Shown here piece after piece: positions 45,592 to 55,139 of a stretch of DNA of 64,000 bases (positions are counted from its first letter, which is position 1; every line of letters begins with the position of its first letter). The stretch comes from a virus, in IMG/VR virus record IMGVR_UViG_3300044858_003284, one strand, 5' to 3'. Made by a program: the position numbers and the translations under genes. The notes beneath the pieces were generated by a model. That model did no database searches, was not told the DNA's origin, and saw only the letters and a program-made list of their open reading frames with translations.

Positions 45592-47670
45592 TTATTTTCC
45601 TAATTCGAATTGTGATTGAACCATTTGATTATGTAATTGATCGGTCGCACCAAATAATCTACGACCAGCTCTTGCATTATCTACATTCTTTTGGCCACCG
45701 TAAATGGTAAACGGTTTATAAAAAGAAACATCTTTAATAATAACACTATTATAAGCATCAAATGCAGGACTAAATCCCATTGCTGCAATAACTAAACCTT
45801 GTGTTGCAACTTGAGCATTCATTGATTTTGCTTCACCACTTTCTTTAACGGCTTCAGAACCTTTTGCAACCGCTTCTCTCTTTGCAGCTTCAACTCTGGC
45901 TTGTTGTAAAGTTTGTCGAGGTGACTGTGTTGTGGTAGAAGAACTAGAACTAGATGAACTTGTTGAAGAAGAACTGCTAGTTGAAGAAGAACTAGAACTA
46001 GATGAACTCTGTACCGATTCAACCACCAAAGCTGTCGTTGTTTGTTGTGAAGATGATGGTGATGTTAATTGCACTGGTGCCGCTGGCGCTGTCGGTGCAG
46101 TAGATGTTGATGTTGTTGTTACCACTCTATTAACATTCGGATCAGCCACAATCGCTGGAGTATTACTCACAGAACCAGAAGAAGATACAACTATCGCTTC
46201 TGTGGTTGTATTATTATTTGTTGTATTATTTGAATTTGCAACTGGTGCCACATAACCAGAGCAAGTGGGACTGGATTGTGGATTGGCTGTGCAAGCTTGA
46301 TTACGTAGATATGCTTGATAAGCAGTTTCGTAACCAGGACATTGTGGACTATACAAAGTATTCAAAGAACATTGTTGATTAAAATATGCTTGTTGATAAC
46401 CAGGACACTCACTATTATATAAAGGATTGGCCGTGCATTGTTGATTAAAATATGCTTGTTGATATCCTGGACATCCAGAATTATATAAAGGATTTGCGGT
46501 ACATTGTTGTGTAAAATAAGCCTGTTGATATCCTGGACAAGATGAGTTATATAATGGATCTTGTGTGCAACGAAAACTAAAATATGCTTGTTGATAACCA
46601 GGACATTGTGGACTATACAATGCACTTAATGAACATTGTTGATTAAAATATGCTTGTTGGTAACCAGGACAAGATGAGTTATATAATGGATCAGCGGTAC
46701 ATTGTTGATTAAAATATGCTTGTTGGTAACCAGGACAAGATGAGTTATATAATGGATCAGCGGTACATTGTTGATTAAAATATGCTTGTTGGTAACCAGG
46801 ACAAGATGAGTTATATAAAGAATTCGAATTACATTGTTGTGTAAAATAAGCTTCTTGATAACCAGGACATGATGAATCATATAAAGCATTAATACTGCAT
46901 TGTTGTGCAGTATAAGCAGCTGCGTAACCAGGACATGAAGGTGAATAAAGTGGATTGATTGTGCATTGATCAACTCCAGGTCCTGTTCCACCAAGTGCTT
47001 GCCAACTAAAAATACTAGAACTTCCTGGTGTAATATTTAATCCTTGGCCATGGTAATATTGATAATATTCACCTTTACTTAAATCGCCAGCTACACCAGA
47101 TGTTACGGCATTCCAAGATATCATAGCACCAGCAATACGAGTGTCTATAAGACCTGATGAATTAATTTTTATTTCAAAACTATTACCGCCTTGTGAACCA
47201 CAACATTGACTAACATTATACCAACCATATGTCATACTATTACCTTCACGAAGATAATATTGATTTTGATCATTCCATGAATATAAATCAGTATGTAATC
47301 CATAAATTGTATAATTATACGATGGATTTGTGGTGTTTCTTAAATCTACACCAGAACAACATCCACCACCTAAACCAGATGTTTGTGGATTTTGAAATGT
47401 TACAAATCCATTTGTTGCAGCCCAAGATGTTGTGAAGTTTTGGCCAAACATTGGAAATGTAAAACCTAAAGGAACTTCATTATACCAATCATCACCAGTT
47501 GTAATGTTTACTGCGTTTGGATTATTTTTAATATCTTGTAGTGGTAAAGCATTGACGCCTGTTCCAACTGTCATATTAAGACCTGGAGTTCCAGGTATTG
47601 GAATAGTAACTATTTGAGCGAAAGAGCAAGCAGACACCACAAAAAGTAGTGCTGCTAAAATCTTTTTCAT
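45592..47670 (-). CDS. Secreted protein: signal peptide, NIDO-like domain, 22-aa Cys repeats, Ser/Thr linker
   Basis: MKKILAALLFVVSACSFA; VPLGFTFPMFGQNF...ATNGFVTF; C..xPLY...CPGYQQAYFxQQ repeated about 11 times. Confidence 0.8.
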   Translation of the reverse strand: MKKILAALLFVVSACSFAQIVTIPIPGTPGLNMTVGTGVNALPLQDIKNNPNAVNITTGDDWYNEVPLGFTFPMFGQNFTTSWAATNGFVTFQNPQTSGLGGGCCSGVDLRNTTNPSYNYTIYGLHTDLYSWNDQNQYYLREGNSMTYGWYNVSQCCGSQGGNSFEIKINSSGLIDTRIAGAMISWNAVTSGVAGDLSKGEYYQYYHGQGLNITPGSSSIFSWQALGGTGPGVDQCTINPLYSPSCPGYAAAYTAQQCSINALYDSSCPGYQEAYFTQQCNSNSLYNSSCPGYQQAYFNQQCTADPLYNSSCPGYQQAYFNQQCTADPLYNSSCPGYQQAYFNQQCSLSALYSPQCPGYQQAYFSFRCTQDPLYNSSCPGYQQAYFTQQCTANPLYNSGCPGYQQAYFNQQCTANPLYNSECPGYQQAYFNQQCSLNTLYSPQCPGYETAYQAYLRNQACTANPQSSPTCSGYVAPVANSNNTTNNNTTTEAIVVSSSGSVSNTPAIVADPNVNRVVTTTSTSTAPTAPAAPVQLTSPSSSQQTTTALVVESVQSSSSSSSSSTSSSSSTSSSSSSSSTTTQSPRQTLQQARVEAAKREAVAKGSEAVKESGEAKSMNAQVATQGLVIAAMGFSPAFDAYNSVIIKDVSFYKPFTIYGGQKNVDNARAGRRLFGATDQLHNQMVQSQFELGK
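46252..46965 (-). repeat. 66-nt tandem repeat array (10 full + 1 partial units)
   Basis: Units at 46633 and 46699 are nucleotide-identical and the match extends into the unit at 46765. Confidence 0.92.
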
Positions 47671-48146
47671 TAGTCTTTACTCTTTATTTTCTGTGGTTGG
47701 CGGTCTGGATTTGCTTCCCAAACCACTTTAGCTTCGTTACCAATTTTACCATCAACTGGACATGGAGTACCTGCATTCATCATAGCGGTAAATACACGCT
47801 CGTCTTGGCAAAGAGTAGAAACAGCAGCTACTTTCATACCCATATCATAAAGAGTTTTGGATAACTTTAAACGTTCACAATTCTTATCGATAAAAGTACC
47901 ACCAATGGCGATACCAAGAATTTGAGTTTGAGCTGCACCTGAAACACCCACAGCACACAAGTCATTATTCAATGATGTGATATTTGGTGCCACAGCGGTT
48001 GGAGGTGGAGATTTAATAGTTGTGGTACTATTGGAGGTGGAATCCGAGGTACTTCTGGTTGTGGAATCCGTCACAATAGGTTGAGCAAATACGTTGCCAA
48101 CAAATAACATTACTGTTATAATTGGAAATATCTTACTTTTTAACAT
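47670..48146 (-). CDS. Secreted Cys-containing protein
   Basis: Signal peptide ending ..GNVFA; 4 Cys (DLC, NCERLKLS, LCQDERVF, TPCP). Confidence 0.75.
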   Translation of the reverse strand: MLKSKIFPIITVMLFVGNVFAQPIVTDSTTRSTSDSTSNSTTTIKSPPPTAVAPNITSLNNDLCAVGVSGAAQTQILGIAIGGTFIDKNCERLKLSKTLYDMGMKVAAVSTLCQDERVFTAMMNAGTPCPVDGKIGNEAKVVWEANPDRQPQKIKSKD

Positions 48147-48226
48147 TTATTTTTGATAAAGGTTGTCCTCTACCATCCTCTGTTAGTTTTGTTATATGGG
48201 GATAATAAAGAATACCGAATGTCAGG

Positions 48227-48255
48227 TTGACACGGAAGAATAAAACAGATATAAT
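48227..48255 (+). promoter_or_regulatory. Consensus sigma70 promoter for the gp43 operon
   Basis: Perfect TTGACA-17-TATAAT. Confidence 0.88.
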
Positions 48256-48274
48256 TTCATTTCAACTACATACT

Positions 48275-48282
48275 TATTTATA
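48275..48282 (-). promoter_or_regulatory. Late promoter for the minus-strand secreted-protein operon
   Basis: TATAAATA on the minus strand. Confidence 0.65.
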
Positions 48283-48296
48283 CCATGGAGAAATAA

Positions 48297-48611
48297 ATGA
48301 AGATTTTGACGTTAAAATTAGTAACCGGTGAAGAAGTTTTGGGTGAAATTGAATCTGAATCGGAGACAGAATTCGTATTGGTCAATCCTGTTGGTATTGC
48401 CATTGTTCGTGATCCAAAGACTGGTCAACCCAATGTTGGTTTTGCACCATTTCCCATTCATGCCGAACAAAAGACAGGTGCTACGGTTGCCTTAAACAAG
48501 AAGAATGTAGTATACTCTTATGTTCCAGCTGAAGATTTTGTCAGTAATTACAATCAACTTTTTGGATCTGGAATCGTTCTTCCTCCAACCAAATCACTAA
48601 TTACAGGTTAA
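48297..48611 (+). CDS. Conserved hypothetical protein (Sm-like fold probable)
   Basis: LKLVTGEEVLGEI; YNQLFGSGIVLP; directly upstream of gp43. Confidence 0.7.
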   Translation: MKILTLKLVTGEEVLGEIESESETEFVLVNPVGIAIVRDPKTGQPNVGFAPFPIHAEQKTGATVALNKKNVVYSYVPAEDFVSNYNQLFGSGIVLPPTKSLITG

Positions 48612-51145
48612 TGAGTTCTTTTTATACTAATGTTCAGAGTATCGGTGGTAACATACTCTATCGTGGCATTCAAAACGGTAAGAAAATAAAAACAAAGGTC
48701 GAATACACACCTTCTCTTTTCTTACCATCTAAAAAAATCACCAACTTTACAAATCTAGAAGGTGATTATCTAGACGAGAAAAAGTTTCAAAATATCAAGG
48801 CGGCCAGAGATTACATCAAACAGTTTGAAGGTGTGTCTGGTGCCTCTAAGATTTATGGCCAAACTCGATTCGAATATGCCTTTATTGCTGACCAACACCA
48901 CGGTATGGTTGACTATGACTTTGATAAAATCTCAATCGCTGTAATCGATATCGAAGTTGGTTCAGAGAATGGCTTTCCTGATCCATATGAAGCGAATGAA
49001 CCTATCACGGCAATTTGTATAAAGTTTCTCAATGGTCAACCAATTGTCTTTGGTTGTGGTGCCTATGAAGTTAAAGAAGGTGAAATCTATATTCGTTGTA
49101 AAGACGAATACAATCTCTGCAAGAAATTTTTAGAATTCTGGAAAGACAAATATCCAGATGTTGTTACTGGCTGGAATACAAAGTTCTTTGATATACCATA
49201 TCTCATCAATCGATTTACAAAGATTCTTGGTGAAGATGAGGCCAAGAAATTATCACCATGGAATTTCATCACAGAACGCAAAGCGTATGTGAACAATCGG
49301 CAACTAACAGATTATACTCTTGTCGGTCTATCATCACTTGATTATATCGAACTATACAAATGGTACGCACCTGGTGGTAAATCACAAGAATCGTATCGCC
49401 TTGATAACATCGCTCAAGTAGAACTTGGTGAAGGTAAATTAGATTATGATGAATATGACAATCTTCATTCTCTCTATCGTTTGAATTTTCAAAAGTTTAT
49501 TGAGTATAACATTCGTGACGTTGATTTGATTCTAAAACTGGAAGATAAATTAAAACTGCTCGAGCTAGCAGTTACTCTTGCATACGATACCAAATCAAAC
49601 TTTGAAGATGTGTTTGCACAGACTAGAATGTGGGACGCATTGACATATTCTTATCTGCGTGAGAAATCAATTATTGTTCCACCACGAGTTGTCAAAGATA
49701 AAGATTCGGCATTTGAAGGCGCCTATGTTAAAACACCACAAGTTGGCCTACACGATTGGGTTGCTTCGTTTGACTTGAACAGTTTGTATCCACATTTGAT
49801 GATGCAATATAATATCTCACCAGAAACTTTAATTGAACCAGAGAATTACACCGATGCCATGCGTGATATACTTTCACAAGGTGTTTCTGTTGATAGAATG
49901 TTGAAGAAAGAAATTGATACTTCAAAACTAGAAGATGCAACTATCACACCAAACGGCCAATTCTTTCGTACCGACTTTCAAGGTTTTCTGCCTAAGATGA
50001 TGGAAGAAATGTATGAAGATAGAAAGAAGTTTAAGAAGTTGATGCTTCAAGCAAAACAGGAATATGAAAATGAAACGGATGAATCTAAAAAATACGAAAT
50101 CGAAAAACGGATTGCCAAATATAATAACATACAGTTGGCTAAGAAAGTATCACTTAATAGTGCTTACGGTGCTCTCGGTTCTCAATACTTTCGCTTTTAT
50201 GACCTGCGCATGGCTCTTGGCGTCACTACTGCGGGGCAATTAAGCATTCGTTGGATTGAAAATAAAATCAACGATTGGATGAATAAACTATTAAAAACGG
50301 AGAAAGATTATGTTATTGCATCGGATACGGACTCGATTTATCTCAATCTTGGTCCGCTTGTGGGTAACATCATTCAACCAGACTTCTCGGTACCAAGAGT
50401 TATCTCCATTATGGATAAGATTTGTGATGATAAAATTCAACCGTTTATTGACAAGAGTTATCAGGAACTTGCTGTTTACGTTCATGCGTATCAGCAAAAG
50501 ATGGAAATGAAACGAGAAGGTTTGTCTAATAAAGGTATCTGGACAGCCAAGAAACGATACATTCTCAATGTGTATAATAATGAAGGTGTGCAATACAAAG
50601 AACCACAGATGAAAGTCATGGGTCTTGAAATGATTAAATCATCCACACCATCAGCCATTCGTGAGAAGATGAAAGATGCAATTCAACTAATGGTGAATGG
50701 CACACAAGATGATATTCATAAATTCATTGATAACTTTAGAAAAGAATTCAAAACATTACCTGTCGAAGAAATTTCTTTTCCTCGTGGTCTGAATGGCCTA
50801 AATACCTATTCTGATTCATTAACATTGTATAAAAAAGGCACACCAATTCACGTTAAAGGTGCTATTCTTTATAATCATAATCTAAAACAAAAAAATCTAA
50901 CTAAAAAGTATCCACTCATTCAAGAAGGTGAGAAAGTTAAATTCACCTATCTAAAGATGCCTAATCCATTTAAAGATACTGTCATTTCGTATCCATCTCG
51001 TTTACCAAAAGAGTTTGAACTACAACAGTATATCGATTATGATATGCAATTCGAAAAGGCATTCTTAGAACCAATTAAAGTAATTCTCGATTGCATGGGC
51101 TGGAAAACAGAGAAAACTAATTCAATAGAGGACTTCTTCTCATGA
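48611..51145 (+). CDS. gp43: B-family DNA polymerase gp43
   Basis: DIEV exonuclease, SFDLNSLYP, KVSLNSAYG, SDTDS, KKRY. Confidence 0.98.
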   Translation: MSSFYTNVQSIGGNILYRGIQNGKKIKTKVEYTPSLFLPSKKITNFTNLEGDYLDEKKFQNIKAARDYIKQFEGVSGASKIYGQTRFEYAFIADQHHGMVDYDFDKISIAVIDIEVGSENGFPDPYEANEPITAICIKFLNGQPIVFGCGAYEVKEGEIYIRCKDEYNLCKKFLEFWKDKYPDVVTGWNTKFFDIPYLINRFTKILGEDEAKKLSPWNFITERKAYVNNRQLTDYTLVGLSSLDYIELYKWYAPGGKSQESYRLDNIAQVELGEGKLDYDEYDNLHSLYRLNFQKFIEYNIRDVDLILKLEDKLKLLELAVTLAYDTKSNFEDVFAQTRMWDALTYSYLREKSIIVPPRVVKDKDSAFEGAYVKTPQVGLHDWVASFDLNSLYPHLMMQYNISPETLIEPENYTDAMRDILSQGVSVDRMLKKEIDTSKLEDATITPNGQFFRTDFQGFLPKMMEEMYEDRKKFKKLMLQAKQEYENETDESKKYEIEKRIAKYNNIQLAKKVSLNSAYGALGSQYFRFYDLRMALGVTTAGQLSIRWIENKINDWMNKLLKTEKDYVIASDTDSIYLNLGPLVGNIIQPDFSVPRVISIMDKICDDKIQPFIDKSYQELAVYVHAYQQKMEMKREGLSNKGIWTAKKRYILNVYNNEGVQYKEPQMKVMGLEMIKSSTPSAIREKMKDAIQLMVNGTQDDIHKFIDNFRKEFKTLPVEEISFPRGLNGLNTYSDSLTLYKKGTPIHVKGAILYNHNLKQKNLTKKYPLIQEGEKVKFTYLKMPNPFKDTVISYPSRLPKEFELQQYIDYDMQFEKAFLEPIKVILDCMGWKTEKTNSIEDFFS

Positions 51146-52143
51146 TATTAATTATACTAACATTATTATCAGCATTGTTTTTATCTGGCATTGCAGCCTA
51201 TTATTCTATCATTGGTCTTGCAGCAATATTTACCGGTGCATTCTGGCCAATCGTTTTTATGGGTTCTGTTCTTGAAGCCAGTAAATTGGTCACCGCATCA
51301 TGGTTATACCGAAACTGGAAAACTTGTCCAAAGTTATTGAAATATTACTTGACATCTTCCGTTGTGATACTCATGATAATCACAAGTATGGGTATTTTTG
51401 GATTCTTATCTAAAGCACATATCGATTCTACATTAGAAGCTGGTGCAAATTCAGTTGAAATACGAACACTCAATCAACAAGAAAAGATTGCCAAAGAACG
51501 ATTAGATTATTTACTGAAACGTGCTGGTAATCCTGAAACGGCATCGGCAAATGTTGACCGACAAGTTCAACAAACACAAAAAGAATTGGCAGATATTAAT
51601 AAGAGAAAATTGCCACTTCTTAAAGAAGAAAACAAATTAATTGCCGAAGTTGGACCAATCAAATATATTGGTGATATGATATATGGCACCGATGATGCCA
51701 ATGCCATTGACAAGGCAGTTCGTTTGGTAATATTGTTAATAATGGTTGTATTTGACCCGCTAGCTGTGTTATTATTAATAGCAGCAAATATGTCTTTACA
51801 ACAAAGAAACAGTATTGTCGTAAAGAAGGATGAAATTGTTGGTATAGTACCAGATATTCCTGTCTTTACTGAAAAGAAAGAAGTTGAAGAAGAAAAGGTT
51901 GAAATACCAAAAGATAATATTGTTGAGATTGAAGAAAAGCAGGAAGAAAAAATTGTAATCGATGAGGCTTCGGGTGAAACTATTCCTCCGTTGGTTGTTC
52001 ATCAATCACCAGGCATCTACACAGAACATCATCAGGTTGATGAACCATCTAAAAAGTTAGAGCCTAAGTATGATTATGAAGAAGAATTTGCTTTTAAAGA
52101 GAAAAAACAAAAACAAGTTAAATTAGATGGTGGTGATTTTTAA
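51142..52143 (+). CDS. Multi-pass membrane protein with coiled coil and acidic tail
   Basis: Three N-terminal TMs, coiled coil, VGPIKY, TM VVFDPLAVLLLIA. Confidence 0.75.
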   Translation: MILIILTLLSALFLSGIAAYYSIIGLAAIFTGAFWPIVFMGSVLEASKLVTASWLYRNWKTCPKLLKYYLTSSVVILMIITSMGIFGFLSKAHIDSTLEAGANSVEIRTLNQQEKIAKERLDYLLKRAGNPETASANVDRQVQQTQKELADINKRKLPLLKEENKLIAEVGPIKYIGDMIYGTDDANAIDKAVRLVILLIMVVFDPLAVLLLIAANMSLQQRNSIVVKKDEIVGIVPDIPVFTEKKEVEEEKVEIPKDNIVEIEEKQEEKIVIDEASGETIPPLVVHQSPGIYTEHHQVDEPSKKLEPKYDYEEEFAFKEKKQKQVKLDGGDF

Positions 52144-52154
52144 AAAGGAAAATT

Positions 52155-53231
52155 ATGAGTATTCTTGATAAGATTAAAAAGAACAGTAGCATTAAAGAAT
52201 CAGCAATTCTTTCAAAGTCAAAGTTCTTTACTGATAAAGATATGATACCAACGGCAATTCCCATTATCAATGTGGCATTGTCTGGCAAACTAGATGGTGG
52301 ACTAACACCAGGTCTTACAATGTGGGCTGGTCCATCTAAACATTTTAAAACAGCCTTCAGTTTACTGATGGCAAAATCTTATTTGGACAAATATGAAGAT
52401 GCGGCTCTTTTATTCTACGATAGTGAGTTTGGTACTCCTCAAAGCTATTTTGACAGTTTCGGCATCGATACTGAGCGTGTATTGCACACTCCCCTTACAG
52501 ATATCGAACAGCTCAAATTCGACATTATGCAGCAGCTTACGAACCTTGATAGGGGTGACCGATTAATTATCGTCATTGATTCGATTGGTAATTTGGCATC
52601 AAAGAAAGAAGTTGAAGATGCACTCGAAGGCAAATCAGTTGCTGATATGTCCCGTGCCAAACAAGTTAAATCATTGTTTCGTATGGTGACACCACATCTC
52701 ACGATGAAAGATGTGCCAATGATTGTTGTGAACCATACTTACAAAGAAATTGGTATGTTCCCTAAAGATATCGTTGGTGGTGGTACAGGTTCATATTACT
52801 CTGCCGATAATATTTTTATTATTGGCCGCCAACAAGAAAAAGAAGGCACAGAAGTTGTTGGTTACAATTTTATAATTAATGTAGAAAAAAGTCGTTATGT
52901 CAAAGAAAAATCTAAAATTCCCGTTACTGTATCTTTTGATGGTGGCATTAGTAAGTGGAGCGGTCTACTTGATATTGCAATCGAATCTGGTCATGTGGTT
53001 AAGCCATCCAATGGTTGGTATAGTCAGGTAGATGAGAACGGTGAAATCCAAGAAAAGAAATATCGTATCAAAGATACTGATACTAAAGAATTCTGGTTGC
53101 CAATTATAAAGCAGAAATCATTCCAAGAGTTCATTAAGAACAAATATCAAATTGCATCCGGTAGTATTATGCGAGAAGATGTTGAGGAAGCTTTTGAAGT
53201 TGAAACTATGAATGGAACTGAAGATGAGTAA
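52155..53231 (+). CDS. uvsX: RecA-like recombinase UvsX
   Basis: AGPSKHFKT, YDSEFG, VIDSIGNLAS, GGTGSYYSAD. Confidence 0.97.
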   Translation: MSILDKIKKNSSIKESAILSKSKFFTDKDMIPTAIPIINVALSGKLDGGLTPGLTMWAGPSKHFKTAFSLLMAKSYLDKYEDAALLFYDSEFGTPQSYFDSFGIDTERVLHTPLTDIEQLKFDIMQQLTNLDRGDRLIIVIDSIGNLASKKEVEDALEGKSVADMSRAKQVKSLFRMVTPHLTMKDVPMIVVNHTYKEIGMFPKDIVGGGTGSYYSADNIFIIGRQQEKEGTEVVGYNFIINVEKSRYVKEKSKIPVTVSFDGGISKWSGLLDIAIESGHVVKPSNGWYSQVDENGEIQEKKYRIKDTDTKEFWLPIIKQKSFQEFIKNKYQIASGSIMREDVEEAFEVETMNGTEDE

Positions 53232-53475
53232 TGAAGAAGCTAAAGTAAAACATAGCAAACGAATTTACCAAAAAAAGAATACAGTAGAAAAAAAAGTTAA
53301 ATTAGCCAAAGCCTACAAATGGACTGATGCACTAAAACAACCACATCGGTATTTGAAATGCTCATTGTTCAGTTGTGGTAATAAACATTGTATATTCTGT
53401 GGTAATCCAAGAAAAATTTGGAAAGAAGATACGATACAAGAGAAACGTCAAAAACAGAAGGTGAATGATGATTGA
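53224..53475 (+). CDS. Small basic Cys-containing protein
   Basis: CGNKHCIFCGNPRK motif; start re-called at MSNEE. Confidence 0.6.
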   Translation: MSNEEAKVKHSKRIYQKKNTVEKKVKLAKAYKWTDALKQPHRYLKCSLFSCGNKHCIFCGNPRKIWKEDTIQEKRQKQKVNDD

Positions 53476-53791
53476 GGGAATAGATTATTGTTTCATTTAT
53501 CCAAAGAATGATGAAACTGCGGTACACATTAAATTCTTAGAAGGACCATACAAGAATACCGTATTCAAATATGGTAAGGTAAAATTTAAAGAAGAAGATC
53601 AGCAAGTGTATTTACTTTTTGCCTATGATGTGATAGAATCTCCAGTAGATAAGCCAAAGAAATTGGAAAAAGATATTGACTTTAAAAATTACATTGGCAA
53701 TTTATTAGTGGAAATTATGGGTAGTAACATTGAACAGGAAATAGTAGATGAAGCTGGAACAAACGATATTAAAGAATCTGATTTACAATGA
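53465..53791 (+). CDS. Hypothetical protein in the gp40 position
   Basis: Lies between uvsX and gp41, as T4 gp40 does. Confidence 0.55.
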   Translation: MMIEGIDYCFIYPKNDETAVHIKFLEGPYKNTVFKYGKVKFKEEDQQVYLLFAYDVIESPVDKPKKLEKDIDFKNYIGNLLVEIMGSNIEQEIVDEAGTNDIKESDLQ

Positions 53792-55139
53792 AGATTATTT
53801 ACGAAAAGTATTACCATTTCTAAAGACTGAATATTTTTCTGATAGTGTTGAAAGAACCTTATTCAATGAAATCACATCATTCACAGAAACTTACAATAGT
53901 TCACCATCTATTGAAGCGCTCAGTATTGCCGTCAAAGAAAAAAGAAATCTCACAGCTGACGAGGTGCAGAGAGCAGAAGATTATCTGGAAGAAATTACAA
54001 AGCATAAAGAAGAAACTTCCGAGATACAATGGCTTGTTGATAAATCGGAAAAGTTCTGCCAAGAAAAAGCCATTTATAACGCTGTATTGGGGAGTATCTC
54101 CATTCTGGACGGGAAAGATAGAAATCACGACAAAGGACAAATTCCCAAGATTTTGTCCGATGCTCTTGCAGTAAGTTTTGATAACTCAGTAGGTCACGAT
54201 TATTTACAGGACTCAGATGCTCGATATGAATTCTATCACAGAAAAGAGGAAAGAATACCTTTTGACTTGGACTACTTTAACAAAATCACAAAAGGTGGTT
54301 TACCTGCTAAGACACTCAATGTCGCTCTTGCTGGCACTGGTGTTGGCAAATCTCTTTTTATGTGTCATGTGGCTGCTGGCTGTATGGTTCAAGGCAAGAA
54401 TGTTCTTTACATCACTTTGGAAATGAGTGAAGAAAAGATTGCAGAACGAATCGATGCTAATCTATTGAATGTAACAATTGATGATTTGATGGACTTGCCA
54501 AAGGATATGTATGATAAGAAAGTGGCGAGAGTTCGTGAAAAGACTACAGGCAAATTAATCATCAAAGAATATCCAACGGCATCCGCATCAACTATTCATT
54601 TTCGGACACTATTGAATGAACTTAATCTCAAAAGGTCTTTTGTACCTGACATTATATTTGTTGACTATCTTAATATTTGTTGTAGTGCTCGTATTAAAGC
54701 TGGTGCGAATATTAATTCCTACACCTACGTTAAAGCAATTGCAGAAGAATTACGTGGCCTTGCTGTTGAGTTTAATGTTCCTATTGTATCTGCTACACAG
54801 ACTACCCGTTCAGGATTTACATCAAGTGATCCAGGACTTGAAGATACGTCTGAATCATTCGGACTTCCCGCCACCGCAGACTTGATGTTTGCTTTGATTT
54901 CTTCAGAAGAACTAGAAGAACTTGGTCAAATCATGGTCAAACAATTGAAGAATCGATATAATGATCCAACATACCACAAACGATTCACTCTTGGTGTTGA
55001 CCGTGCCAAAATGAAACTGTATGATGTTGAACAGGCCGCACAAATGGGTATTGCAGATGCTGGCCATGATAAACCTTTAAACACATTTGGTACAAGAGAA
55101 GAACGACCAAAGAAATCATTTAGTGGATTCAAAGTATGA
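53748..55139 (+). CDS. gp41: Replicative helicase gp41 (DnaB-like)
   Basis: AGTGVGKS, YITLEMSE, IKEYPT, VDYLNI, KQLKNRY. Confidence 0.97.
   Translation: MKLEQTILKNLIYNEDYLRKVLPFLKTEYFSDSVERTLFNEITSFTETYNSSPSIEALSIAVKEKRNLTADEVQRAEDYLEEITKHKEETSEIQWLVDKSEKFCQEKAIYNAVLGSISILDGKDRNHDKGQIPKILSDALAVSFDNSVGHDYLQDSDARYEFYHRKEERIPFDLDYFNKITKGGLPAKTLNVALAGTGVGKSLFMCHVAAGCMVQGKNVLYITLEMSEEKIAERIDANLLNVTIDDLMDLPKDMYDKKVARVREKTTGKLIIKEYPTASASTIHFRTLLNELNLKRSFVPDIIFVDYLNICCSARIKAGANINSYTYVKAIAEELRGLAVEFNVPIVSATQTTRSGFTSSDPGLEDTSESFGLPATADLMFALISSEELEELGQIMVKQLKNRYNDPTYHKRFTLGVDRAKMKLYDVEQAAQMGIADAGHDKPLNTFGTREERPKKSFSGFKV

Noticed and set aside
45932-46255. Plus-strand acidic ORF (MVEELELDEL...)
   Set aside because: It is the antisense shadow of the Ser/Thr-rich linker.
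46633-46818. 66-nt periodic repeat resembling CRISPR spacing
   Set aside because: Whole units are repeated with no unique spacers, lie in frame within a CDS, and no cas genes are present.
46362-46994. Repetitive ORFs (HLVLVTNKHILINNV) overlapping the Cys-repeat gene
   Set aside because: They are alternative-frame shadows of the 66-nt repeat.
12663-55139. Inteins, introns or stop-codon reassignment in core genes (gp17, gp20, gp43, gp41, uvsW)
   Set aside because: All have normal lengths and uninterrupted frames in the standard code.
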